In this document: positions 20,014-28,844 of the stretch, in pieces | Layout of the letters: each line of letters begins with the position of its first letter | How positions within the stretch are numbered: position 1 is the first letter of the stretch | IMG/VR virus record: IMGVR_UViG_3300027763_000050 | Location: 14,368-78,367 of that record | Source: a virus | Length of the DNA stretch: 64,000 nucleotides | Reading direction: 5' to 3' (one strand) | The notes under the pieces: generated by a model | Database searches by the model: none | The model's input: only the letters and a program-made list of their open reading frames with translations | Told to the model about the DNA's origin: nothing | Made by a program: the position numbers and the translations under genes

Positions 20014-20595
20014 TCAAGCTGCTTGATTCTTTTCGAGCTGCGTGATACGCGCCTCAAAAGCTTCCATGCGTGCGGCAAGAGGATCAACGCGGTTGTGTGT
20101 GTATCGATCTATAACTCCGCCATGAAGAGAAATGCCTCGTTCAACTCGATCGGCGATAGTCTTAATTGCCTGGTCGCTGCGGGCAAACTCAAACATGAGA
20201 GCTCTAAGCACGCCCGCATAATGTTCGCTTCTATCTACTGTGGAATCAGGAAAGCCAGTGTCGCCGTAGTTGCCGGTAATTGCTTCGCGAATAAAGTCTC
20301 TAAGGGTGTCGATGAACTGGGAATTTTCGAACAGGCGCCAGGCAGATCGGGAAAAGAAATTTGCGCGTCTCTCCATGGCACCTGCCAGGTCTTCAATCAG
20401 ATCAGGAAAAAGATCCAAGATGTGATTGGCAAGATTCGAACACATGAGATTGCGGGATAACTGTGCAATCTCATCTTGAGAGAGCGGACGATGAAAGCCA
20501 TGATCCCTGGCTGACTTAATCTCATCTTGGTAAGCAACAAGCAGCCGATCAAGTTGATAGAGATTGTGTGAAACGTTGACGTTGTCGGTAGTCAT
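20014..20595 (-). CDS. helical/coiled-coil protein immediately downstream of E1
   Basis: ATG 1 nt after the ThiF stop; C-terminal heptads. Confidence 0.6.
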   Translation of the reverse strand: MTTDNVNVSHNLYQLDRLLVAYQDEIKSARDHGFHRPLSQDEIAQLSRNLMCSNLANHILDLFPDLIEDLAGAMERRANFFSRSAWRLFENSQFIDTLRDFIREAITGNYGDTGFPDSTVDRSEHYAGVLRALMFEFARSDQAIKTIADRVERGISLHGGVIDRYTHNRVDPLAARMEAFEARITQLEKNQAA

Positions 20596-20596
20596 G

Positions 20597-21295
20597 TCAG
20601 GAAATAGCAAAGGAAAAGGAGCGGCCGTTGAATCCCAGTTGGGAGTAGAGATTGTTGAGCTTGTTATCCAGGAAGTTTTGGACAACAAGCAGCGCGCTGG
20701 TAGCTGCCAGGGAATTGGCAGCAATTAACTGCGGGCGCGAAGGTGCGTGTTCCATGCAGCCGCCCGATCTCGGTATCGTGTCCCGAGGTGATGCAAGGTT
20801 TTCGCAGGTGAGGCGAGGGTCAATGCCAAAGGTGGTGTCATCGATCAGACCCCAGAACTGGACCTGACCCTTGATGTCTTCGGTGCCGTCGGAATTGCCG
20901 GGACTGATCCAGAGGAAGTTGCGGTTACTGCTGAGGCGCTCACCCATTACCTCCAGAGTTGCGGCCCGAGTGGCGTCGTTGTCTACGGCAAGAACAATCA
21001 AGGGCTGCTGAGCTTGCTGCAACAGACGCCGCAACATATTCTTATCTAGGTATTCGGAGTAGGGCTGAGCGTTTAGACCTTGACTCTCAAGGTGCCGAGC
21101 CAGGGAGACCGCTTTATTGACGCCGATGTCAGCGGGGCCAACGATCTGGCGGGTAATGTTCTTGTTTTCGTAGGAGTCGCCGTCAATGATGGCAAACTGC
21201 GGCTCCTCGCAGGAATAGGTAAGCAACCGGGCCAGTGGTGCAGCGAGGTGACCGCCTGTGCCGCCAGCGCCAATCAATAGGCAAGTGTCAATCAT
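20597..21295 (-). CDS. ThiF/E1-like ubiquitin-activating enzyme
   Basis: IGAGGTGG, DGDSYENKNITRQ, GVNKA, AVDNDATR, and candidate catalytic Cys in GGC...PQLIAAN. Start MIDTCLL overlaps the upstream stop (ATGATTGA). Confidence 0.9.
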   Translation of the reverse strand: MIDTCLLIGAGGTGGHLAAPLARLLTYSCEEPQFAIIDGDSYENKNITRQIVGPADIGVNKAVSLARHLESQGLNAQPYSEYLDKNMLRRLLQQAQQPLIVLAVDNDATRAATLEVMGERLSSNRNFLWISPGNSDGTEDIKGQVQFWGLIDDTTFGIDPRLTCENLASPRDTIPRSGGCMEHAPSRPQLIAANSLAATSALLVVQNFLDNKLNNLYSQLGFNGRSFSFAIS

Positions 21296-22337
21296 TGGGG
21301 ATCTGTCCGATAAGGGTGTTGCGGTGAATAAACCATTGACGTAAAAGAGCATCTGCTTCGGTAATGAAGCCTTCGTTGTTGAACACCGTGGCCCGCTTGA
21401 CATAGGCCGCAAGCATCCCGCTCTCACCCACGGTGCCTATGCCGGCAGTGCGTAGCTGACGGAAAGCGTCGCGATGAAGTTGCGGGTGAAGAAGTAGTAA
21501 GGCATCTGCGCCGCTGCGATACTCGAAGCTGGGGTCAGCGGGGACGGATGAAGAAAAAGAATTAATTTCGGAAGCGTTATCCCGGTATTGATCGAGAGAA
21601 AGTAAATCGTCGTTTGAAGGTGTGGCAGCAAACGTACTTATTGCCTGATCAATTGACGTCGGGAAGTCAGAGCGTGTCCCCCAGCAGACGTAATCATTGT
21701 CAGCAAAGCAATTTAGATTTCGCTCCACGCCAGACAAGCGAACTTCGCTGTCATCCGCTGAGCTGGTGACGCATTGTAAATATGAGCGTATGTTTGGTTT
21801 TCGTTCGCCATCCTCGGGCAATAAGGCTATAAATTTATCAGGAAGGAAGACACTGGGCTTGAAATAAAACTCAAAGCAAGTAGGTGCAAGTTTATAGTCT
21901 TCGTCAGCATTGTCACTGGAATCGCCAACGTCATAGCCTTCCGGGCATTGTTCATTGTAATAACTACTAAAGCCTTCCCGATAAGCGTCACAGCAAGAAG
22001 TAGTAGTAATGACGTAACTATTCCCATCGTGATCCTGTCCATCATCTACGTGCTCATCAAACCAATAGCGACAACTGCGGCAATTTGAAGAAATAAAATT
22101 TTCCTCATCAAAACCCTGACCTAAATGTTGTGCATCGGCCCAGCCATCAGGTAGCCAAACCCTGACGATTATGCCGTCATGTTGATGGCTGTAACCCACC
22201 AGGTCGGCGTTACTTGGCAGGTGTTCGAGATGTACCGGAGGCGGCGCCGAGGGAGAGAGGAGTGATAAATTCAAAATCGTCGGATTCGGCGGCTGATGGA
22301 TCGAATCCGGTGTGTTGCTCAATGTCGGCAAGGGCAT
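21288..22337 (-). CDS. prokaryotic E2-like conjugating enzyme (family D/PRTRC-B-like) with Cys-rich N-terminal domain; start uncertain
   Basis: LNCFADNDYVCWG...FAATPSNDDLL resembles the NxxxDGxICWG...FxxSxFNxDL E2 pattern; sits between JAB and E1. Confidence 0.65.
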   Translation of the reverse strand: MPLPTLSNTPDSIHQPPNPTILNLSLLSPSAPPPVHLEHLPSNADLVGYSHQHDGIIVRVWLPDGWADAQHLGQGFDEENFISSNCRSCRYWFDEHVDDGQDHDGNSYVITTTSCCDAYREGFSSYYNEQCPEGYDVGDSSDNADEDYKLAPTCFEFYFKPSVFLPDKFIALLPEDGERKPNIRSYLQCVTSSADDSEVRLSGVERNLNCFADNDYVCWGTRSDFPTSIDQAISTFAATPSNDDLLSLDQYRDNASEINSFSSSVPADPSFEYRSGADALLLLHPQLHRDAFRQLRTAGIGTVGESGMLAAYVKRATVFNNEGFITEADALLRQWFIHRNTLIGQIPND

Positions 22338-23292
22338 AGGAAAGCTCGGAGTAGAGATCGCGGAGGGAGTCGTGGTCGCCAGCAGCGGTGAGGTATTGAA
22401 TGGCGTTAGTAACGTCGTCGATGATGTCGGACACTTGCTGGTATGAACTTTTTTGACGCGGCATGTATGGACTCCAATTGCCGCCAAGGTCATTGCCCCA
22501 GCCGTCATCCCAGGAGTAGGGGTCCGAAATGCTGCCGTAGTGGAAATTGGCGCGCTGATCCTTGGCCTCTGTGCCGGACTTGCCAGATGTGATTACGGGC
22601 TTGAACAGCGGCCAGACGCCGATCGTTATGGCAGTCAGTACGTTGGGATGAAATGTGACGCCGTTTACTGGTGTTGTATCAACGACAAGGTTGTGGTCAA
22701 TGGCGAAGCGCCGTTTGCCCGCTGTAATGGAAGCAGTAAGTGCGTATGACATTTTCTGGGAGTCGATGCTGCCAACAACAATGTGCAGGCCTGGATCGCC
22801 GAGCTCGTATTTGTCATCGGTGCCAGAGAAGAAAGCCGCCATGGTGTTGTGGCTGTGGGATGAGCCGCAAGGAGTCCAACCATCGGGCGGGTAGCTGGTA
22901 ACTGTCTCGCCGGTGATGATGTCAATGGCTTTATCGAAGCTCTCGACGCGGACACTGGCTGCATCAACTTCTTGAACGGGTACAAGCAGACGGAAGCAAG
23001 TGGGATCGCTTTCGCTGCGAAGAATGCGAACAGAGACCTCGGCCTGACTTGGGACCTTGGTGACGTAATGGAAGGTGAGCTGAATCCAAGCAGCCCAGAG
23101 ATCGGCTGGAATTCGGGCAATGTTATTGGCGGGTTCAAACTTCTTGAGGTTCTCATCGGTGATGATTGCGTTGGCGGTAGGGTCATCGACGGGGCTGAGG
23201 TATGAGCCCCAGGAGTTAGCGGCAACTTTCCAGCAGCCACTGCGGTGAGTGCGAAGAACGCTGGGGGAACTGGGTGCGGTGGCTGAAGTCAT
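22210..23292 (-). CDS. JAB/MPN metallopeptidase (deubiquitinase-like)
   Basis: Candidate catalytic Glu (QAEVSV) and HSHNTMAAFFSGTDD JAMM motif, then GLHIVVGSID. Confidence 0.88.
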   Translation of the reverse strand: MTSATAPSSPSVLRTHRSGCWKVAANSWGSYLSPVDDPTANAIITDENLKKFEPANNIARIPADLWAAWIQLTFHYVTKVPSQAEVSVRILRSESDPTCFRLLVPVQEVDAASVRVESFDKAIDIITGETVTSYPPDGWTPCGSSHSHNTMAAFFSGTDDKYELGDPGLHIVVGSIDSQKMSYALTASITAGKRRFAIDHNLVVDTTPVNGVTFHPNVLTAITIGVWPLFKPVITSGKSGTEAKDQRANFHYGSISDPYSWDDGWGNDLGGNWSPYMPRQKSSYQQVSDIIDDVTNAIQYLTAAGDHDSLRDLYSELSYALADIEQHTGFDPSAAESDDFEFITPLSLGAASGTSRTPAK

Positions 23293-23311
23293 TGGGATAG
23301 AGGAGGAAGTA

Positions 23312-23334
23312 AGCCCCAGCGGGAGGCCGGGGCT
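23312..23334 (-). terminator. GC-rich hairpin between Ubl and JAB (weak terminator or stabiliser)
   Basis: AGCCCCGGC-CTCCC-GCTGGGGCT, 9-bp stem, followed by a pyrimidine tract rather than a full U-run. Confidence 0.55.
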
Positions 23335-23342
23335 GGTGACGA

Positions 23343-23870
23343 TCAACCCTTGGCTTCGCTGGTGACTGAAGCGCGGACGATGGTGCCAGGGGCGACAACG
23401 GACGAGGGCACCAGGATTTGCCCCTCGGCAACGAAGCGTGCGCGATTAACGTCAATACCGAGCTCGCCTTCGTAGAGGGAGAAGAGTTCATGGAGGCTTT
23501 TGCCGTCAGCGATTGCGGCGGGGACTTCGACAAGTGCGCCGTCGTTTGCGGTTAGTACAACGGGGGGCTTGGCTGCAGCTGAAAGATTTTCAAAGAAGCT
23601 TCCAGATGTGGGGTTGTTATTGGCAGCTTTTGGTTCGGAGGTAGTGCCGGCGTCGGGCTCGGTGTATGAAGCGTGGCCAACGGTTATAGATTCATAGAAG
23701 GTTGCGCCGGCAGTGGCTTCTTCGGTGACGGCAACCTTGGAGCCGTTGTCTGCGCTTACTGCGACTGGACTTTCGGCGGGAGTTTCAGGGGGTAAAACAA
23801 ACTCAAGGGTGGTGACAAGGAACTTGTAAGCGGACTTGTAAGCGGATTTAAGAGCGGAAAAGGGAGACAT
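23343..23870 (-). CDS. ubiquitin-like (beta-grasp) protein with long N-terminal extension, ending ...SEAKG
   Basis: C-terminal ~75 aa fit a beta-beta-alpha-beta-beta-beta pattern and end in Gly; first gene of the JAB-E2-E1 cluster. Confidence 0.7.
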   Translation of the reverse strand: MSPFSALKSAYKSAYKFLVTTLEFVLPPETPAESPVAVSADNGSKVAVTEEATAGATFYESITVGHASYTEPDAGTTSEPKAANNNPTSGSFFENLSAAAKPPVVLTANDGALVEVPAAIADGKSLHELFSLYEGELGIDVNRARFVAEGQILVPSSVVAPGTIVRASVTSEAKG

Positions 23871-23948
23871 AAGAAAGCTTTAGTGGGTCGGGAGGGCGAA
23901 GGCAGCATCAAGGGCCAGGCTGCGATTGGCCGATCTACAGGAGCTATG

Positions 23949-24566
23949 TCAGTCGAACTGGGGCTCGAGGAATAGCGAGCGGCGAATGGAATTGATTGCA
24001 ATTTCAAGGTCATTGCGATCGGGGCCGATTGACTGCGAGATAACAGGACGGGCAGTTTGAGCGCGTAAAAATTGCGGATCGTCTAGCCCCGCAGTAAAGA
24101 GACGGAAAAAGGAAGTCTTATCTCCCTTGGTTGTTTGAAGTTTGATAATGCGCTCGGAAAGATTGTCAACAACAAGAAGCGCGCCGAGTAGGGTACGGGC
24201 GGGCTGGGTGTTAACTGGTCCGGCTGGTTTATTGGATTGGGCTGCTACACGAAGCAGGTAAGGAGTGGTTGGATCCGCTTGGTGTAAGCGCAATTCGAGG
24301 TAATCTCTGGGGCCGTACTCAGAGGCAGCTCCCCGTTTAATAAGTTGCAAGTCAAAGGGAGCGCCAATAATTGCCGTAATTATTCGATCGGGGTCAGGTC
24401 CAGAGGCAGCAGGCGGAGAGTCTCCGTATGAGTAAAGATCGCCGCCGAAAGAGAGGCCTATAACAACCGGTTTCGGCAAGACAGTCGCAGGGCGAATACC
24501 GGAATTGGGATCAACGTCTGGATCAATAAGCAGCTCAACAGGATCAAGTGGCGCGAGAGTTGTCAT
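23949..24566 (-). CDS. hypothetical protein
   Basis: Start MTTLAPL. Confidence 0.55.
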   Translation of the reverse strand: MTTLAPLDPVELLIDPDVDPNSGIRPATVLPKPVVIGLSFGGDLYSYGDSPPAASGPDPDRIITAIIGAPFDLQLIKRGAASEYGPRDYLELRLHQADPTTPYLLRVAAQSNKPAGPVNTQPARTLLGALLVVDNLSERIIKLQTTKGDKTSFFRLFTAGLDDPQFLRAQTARPVISQSIGPDRNDLEIAINSIRRSLFLEPQFD

Positions 24567-24792
24567 GGTTAACAAAGGAAACAGCACGGTTGAAAGACCC
24601 ATCAGAGACGAATCGTTGAGCCCCTCGGCGAAGATGGGCGCGGATATTACGAATGGAGCGAGTGGAAATACGCCTGCCAAAAGGAATGATCCCTTTGGTG
24701 CTAGTAATAGTGTGAGTAAGGCGCCAGTGTTTGGAGCCAGCGGTTATGTCGTAGCCGAGGGAGCGGGCTTCTTTGATGAGGTCAGCGGACAT
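24544..24792 (-). CDS. HicA-like RNase/toxin-fold protein
   Basis: ARSLGY...GSKHWRLTH...IIP...RSIRNIRAHLRR pattern. Confidence 0.6.
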   Translation of the reverse strand: MSADLIKEARSLGYDITAGSKHWRLTHTITSTKGIIPFGRRISTRSIRNIRAHLRRGAQRFVSDGSFNRAVSFVNHDNSRAT

Positions 24793-24795
24793 TAG

Positions 24796-25350
24796 TTAGA
24801 TACGGATAGATTTCTCCTCTTCCTCGGAAAGCTCAAAGCCGCGGGCCTTGATGAATGGGATAAGTGCAGTAACTGTGAGTTTCTGAACTTCCATCGAGCG
24901 TGGTTTCTCGATGCAACCAACTAACTTGCTGGTGTAGTTGTAGGCGCGGCAGACTTGCTCGATGAGTCCAGCCAATGTGGGATCGAGCAGAGGTCCGGTT
25001 TGGATGCGAGGGGAGGCGGGTTTGGCGAGGGTTTGGGAAGTGGCGGTAATGGCAGTGATAGGGTCTGGATCTTTCCAGCCGTCTTCGCTAGCAGGGATTG
25101 AAGGGTGGTCAGTTCCTTCCTCGTAATCCACCGCGAGGAACGAGCCCCCGAGGTCAGGATCGAAGCAGATTTGGTCTTCGTTGAATTGGTAGCCAGCGCG
25201 GAGGTCGGGGGCACTGGCGCGATGGATGAAGACAGTGGGTTCGCCGCCCTTGCGAGTTTTGATGGACCTCTCGATGTTGTTGTAGTAGGCGTAGAAGAAC
25301 TCGCTGTTACGGGCTGAGTGGCGAGGGTCGGAAGTGAGGACGAGTGCCAT
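24796..25350 (-). CDS. hypothetical protein
   Basis: 184-aa ORF in the tiled operon. Confidence 0.55.
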   Translation of the reverse strand: MALVLTSDPRHSARNSEFFYAYYNNIERSIKTRKGGEPTVFIHRASAPDLRAGYQFNEDQICFDPDLGGSFLAVDYEEGTDHPSIPASEDGWKDPDPITAITATSQTLAKPASPRIQTGPLLDPTLAGLIEQVCRAYNYTSKLVGCIEKPRSMEVQKLTVTALIPFIKARGFELSEEEEKSIRI

Positions 25351-25549
25351 GGCTGGATCAGGAAGTGAGTCGTTAGGTAGTTCTTTAGTGCGAGGAATTG
25401 TGTTTCCTCGAGGAGAAGTGCCGACCCGATCGAAGAAATCAACGAAGGCGGATCGGCTAATTGCTGCTGAAGGTAGAGCTTGGCCTTGGGGGAATTCGGA
25501 GTAAGAAGCAGGCGGCGCTTGCTGGGTGCAAGAGAGAGCCAGAAGTCAG

Positions 25550-26161
25550 CTATTTGATTGACCAATTACGGCGTTTAACAAGTTCAGCTCCGGGGACTGT
25601 GGTGCCGGCTTTGATTGCAGCTTTGATTGCGGTCTTGTCTGGGGCGTATTTGATCGTCTCCCGCAACAGGTCATTGGGGATCAAGCCCTCGTCAACAACA
25701 TCGACGGCCTCGCTGACCCGTGATACAAGCTCATGGGTGGGGAAGGAGAAGCGGGTGTTGTCGGGGTTGAGTTTGAGAAGGATGTCGATCAGGTAGGTCT
25801 GAAGTTTTTCGGCGCGGCGTTGATCGGCTTTAGCGAGGGCGGCAAGACGGTCGGCCTCCTTGGCGCGGAAGTCAGCCTTGCCGTGAAGTGCGTCGATTAC
25901 ATGGCAGACCTGATCGGCCTTGGTTGTTAGGGCCGACCTGGCGGATTCATCGAGGGCGAGGAAGTGCTCAACCAGTCCCCGGGCTGTGTCCTGCTGTTCG
26001 GGGTCGTCGGAGTCAAGGAGTTCAGCGGCAAGGGCTAGCTCACCGCTTACCTCTTGGACTTGGATTGCGAGGTTGAACAGGGTCGGGGAAGAGCTCGAAG
26101 TGGTGGAGAGTTCCGTCTGGGCAGATGGGAGGCGGGTTGCCGTTGGCGAAGTTGTGGACAT
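25550..26161 (-). CDS. siphovirus Gp157 family protein
   Basis: Coiled coil KEADRLAAL..., then VDEGLIP...PDKTAIKAAIKAGTTVPGAEL. Confidence 0.85.
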   Translation of the reverse strand: MSTTSPTATRLPSAQTELSTTSSSSPTLFNLAIQVQEVSGELALAAELLDSDDPEQQDTARGLVEHFLALDESARSALTTKADQVCHVIDALHGKADFRAKEADRLAALAKADQRRAEKLQTYLIDILLKLNPDNTRFSFPTHELVSRVSEAVDVVDEGLIPNDLLRETIKYAPDKTAIKAAIKAGTTVPGAELVKRRNWSIK

Positions 26162-26444
26162 ACGTGTTGAGTGATTGAGGGCTGTCAAAGGCGATTGACC
26201 AAATGAAGTCAGGCTTTTCGCAGTGGACCAGCAGGTAATCGGGCGTGACTGCGGTGAGGGTGTAGCGGCCAACAACCGTGTCGGCGGGAAACGGTGCTAG
26301 CGCTGCCTTAAACCAGGCGACTAGGCGGAGGGCGAGGGGAAACCACATGAATGGCGCAAGCTGGAGCAAGCAGAGTATGGCAGCGAATAGCGTGAAAGGA
26401 AAGCCCCAGCATGCGGCTGCACACCAGGGCTTCAGGGATGGGTG

Positions 26445-26810
26445 TTATGCGACGGGGATAGCGAGCTTGGCTTCCTCTGCGGCACGGAGACCGGCGGCAG
26501 TGGCGTCCTTCTCGACCTTGGCCATCAGCGCTGCGGTGTAGACCTGCTTGGCGGAGATGGCGTGGACGGCGTTGCCCTGTTTGACGAGCTTGCCGAAATA
26601 GAGAGTGCCGGTGTTAGGGCACTCAAATGTGTCGGCGGGGTTATCAGCGCCAAGGGATGCAATGGCATGCTCGGATTTGAAGCCGGCACGAACAGCGGTT
26701 TCCCTGCGGGCAAGACCACCCTCGTCACGGGATACATATGCGAGCTCAACAGATGACCAATTGTCACCAGCGAATGCACGAAAACGGAGAGGACCAAGAG
26801 ATAGATTCAT
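26445..26810 (-). CDS. hypothetical protein preceded by a degenerate cassette element
   Basis: Start MNLSLG; element at 26838-26880. Confidence 0.55.
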   Translation of the reverse strand: MNLSLGPLRFRAFAGDNWSSVELAYVSRDEGGLARRETAVRAGFKSEHAIASLGADNPADTFECPNTGTLYFGKLVKQGNAVHAISAKQVYTAALMAKVEKDATAAGLRAAEEAKLAIPVA

Positions 26811-26837
26811 GTGATGCGCTGCCGTGAGTAAGGAAAT

Positions 26838-26880
26838 TGCACGGTTGAAAAGGCGCAAATAAAAAATCCCTAGACTGGGC
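26838..26880 (-). repeat. degenerate ninth copy of the early-gene cassette element
   Basis: Minus strand GGGATTTTTTATTTGCGCCTTTTCAACCGTGCAA versus consensus GGGATTTTCTTTTGCACTTCTTCAACAGTGCAA. Confidence 0.7.
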
Positions 26881-26899
26881 AAAGAGAGTTCACAAATTT

Positions 26900-27415
26900 A
26901 TGCTCGGCCAAAACAAATCAGGGCTGTCTGGCTTAGATCAGCGCATTGCAAAAGAAGCGGCAACCCGGGCCGATGCATATGGGCAAGCTGGCCGTGCTGC
27001 CAGATTGGAAGAACTAAAAGGACGCGACAACGAAAGCCTTGCCGCCCAACTGCGTGGTGCATTGCAGAACAAGGGTGACAGTTACCGTACGCAGGTCATG
27101 CTTGGCGGCGACGGTGATGTGCCCATGGACGCAATGACAGGCAGGAACGGGCTAGATCAGGCCGAGTTAGTGAAATTCCTAGCTGGCCTTGCTCCCGCTG
27201 AGCGTCAAGACCTTTTAGCCCGGATGTCAGGTCAGCAGACTGGTGTGCTGGAAGGTATCAATCGGATGCTGGCTGGTGATAATCAAGTTGGCAAGATCAG
27301 CCGGGGCGCTGCGATAGGCGGCATTGGTGTTGGCACTGGGCTTGGTTTGACTGCTGCCGGCAAGGGATTGATTGACTTGATGGAATATTTACAGGAAGGC
27401 CAAGGGGCGCAATAA
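26900..27415 (+). CDS. Gly/Ala-rich protein, virion-like, in a rightward island
   Basis: Gly-zipper C-terminus; TAGACT at 26871. Confidence 0.6.
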   Translation: MLGQNKSGLSGLDQRIAKEAATRADAYGQAGRAARLEELKGRDNESLAAQLRGALQNKGDSYRTQVMLGGDGDVPMDAMTGRNGLDQAELVKFLAGLAPAERQDLLARMSGQQTGVLEGINRMLAGDNQVGKISRGAAIGGIGVGTGLGLTAAGKGLIDLMEYLQEGQGAQ

Positions 27416-27606
27416 TGCTGGATGAGGTCGTGATTGTGGACTTTAAGCCCACCGAACGAGAGTGCGAATTGTGGTGGAAAGTCCGCCGCTCGCTAGAAGC
27501 CAATGGAAAAACGTCCTGCCATTACTACACAATGGCGCTGGAATATACCGGCAAGTGCGGCGGGCTTGAGAGTAAAGTTAAAGCAGAGGTTGGCAATGGA
27601 TCCTAG
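27415..27606 (+). CDS. small hypothetical protein
   Basis: TAATG stop/start coupling. Confidence 0.5.
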   Translation: MLDEVVIVDFKPTERECELWWKVRRSLEANGKTSCHYYTMALEYTGKCGGLESKVKAEVGNGS

Positions 27607-28225
27607 GTTTGCTGGCGACATCTTTAGTGATGAATGGGATCGCGTTGGCGGCCAAGGTATAAACGATCCGCCGTCCAAGTTCCGCCGGCAAGGTGGCCCA
27701 GAACAAGTATCTATTGAGTCAGGAAAAACCTGGAGCAAGTCATTCCCTGCAGATGCAGTCAAAGAAAATCTTGAGGACTCGGCGAGAGAGGCCGGGTATG
27801 TAGGCGCAGGCAGACAAGTAATAAATGCGCTGACTAACGGGTCGTTGAACTTTAAAGACGATACTGGCAGCATTGGCGTTTATCCTGGCGGTTTTAGTGT
27901 GCGCAGCAAGAATGGCTGGGGTGTAAATGTTGATGTGCCAAGTCAGTCAGCAAACGTAAACGTCGGCAACGTAAATATTCAGGGTGGATTTGGCGCCAAC
28001 CCCAACGTCAAGATTGGGTTACAATTCCCTGCCCCAAGCGTCGACCAAGGTGGCGGCAATCAAATGGTTAATCCCAGCCATCAGCTTGATCAACAGTTGA
28101 GGCAGTACGAACCAAGGCAAAAGGCAAAAGCGGTTGATACTGGCTGGCAATTGAGGGATGAGCTGGAGTCACGCAGAAGTAATCAAGGTTTACTAGAAAA
28201 ATTGATCGGGCGCGGGCTTATTTGA
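27596..28225 (+). CDS. hypothetical protein (G/N/Q-rich)
   Basis: Start MDPRFAG. Confidence 0.55.
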   Translation: MDPRFAGDIFSDEWDRVGGQGINDPPSKFRRQGGPEQVSIESGKTWSKSFPADAVKENLEDSAREAGYVGAGRQVINALTNGSLNFKDDTGSIGVYPGGFSVRSKNGWGVNVDVPSQSANVNVGNVNIQGGFGANPNVKIGLQFPAPSVDQGGGNQMVNPSHQLDQQLRQYEPRQKAKAVDTGWQLRDELESRRSNQGLLEKLIGRGLI

Positions 28226-28415
28226 GCAACTGTACTGGTCTGCGACGACACGGCAGATCCAGGGTTTGTCCGGGGGACTCGCCCAGACGAATGCGTTGCT
28301 TGCCCGCATTGTGACATGGCCGGGCCCAAGGTACATGGCAATACAGGAAAGAGAAGAGCAGACAAAGTTAATCATGTGAAAGTGTTGAGTAAGATGTGGT
28401 AAGTGTTAAGCGGTA

Positions 28416-28619
28416 ATGGAACTTAGATTTGCTGGCACGGAGCTCGACAAGGAGCTAGGCCTCGGGTTTCAAGGGCTTGGGGATTTGAGTAAGTTAATCC
28501 CTCGCCAAAGAATTGAGCATCCTCGGCTGCCGGGGTTAACACTTGGCGATGATTCAGTGCCCGAGAACGCAGGGCCGGGTTATGACGGTACGACGCCTGG
28601 ATTTACTTACGGGGCTTAG
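28416..28619 (+). CDS. small hypothetical protein
   Basis: Start MELRFAG, similar to the start of the preceding gene. Confidence 0.45.
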   Translation: MELRFAGTELDKELGLGFQGLGDLSKLIPRQRIEHPRLPGLTLGDDSVPENAGPGYDGTTPGFTYGA

Positions 28620-28629
28620 GACAACCGGC

Positions 28630-28815
28630 TTAGTCGAGATCGACGCTGGTATTGAAGTCTTGCTCAGGTTGCGCTCCGTCGTAAAGCTCAACAACAAGGT
28701 CTCCGTCAAAGCCCTGGCTGAGGATAAGTTCATCGCCGGCCACCCATCCGAGCTGATCGAGAATGCCTTTGGGTAAGGGGAGGAATCCGTCGTCGTCAAC
28801 AACCAGAGTTGGCAT
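28630..28815 (-). CDS. AbrB/MazE/SpoVT-type DNA-binding protein
   Basis: VDDDGFLPLPKGILDQLGWVAGDELIL pattern. Confidence 0.75.
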   Translation of the reverse strand: MPTLVVDDDGFLPLPKGILDQLGWVAGDELILSQGFDGDLVVELYDGAQPEQDFNTSVDLD

Positions 28816-28844
28816 GTTGCAAGATGCATATTGCACAAGGTAAC

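Noticed and set aside
20597-21295. ThiF/MoeB for thiamine or molybdopterin synthesis
   Set aside because: No cofactor biosynthesis genes nearby, no CxxC zinc motifs, and the neighbours are E2-, JAB- and Ubl-like.
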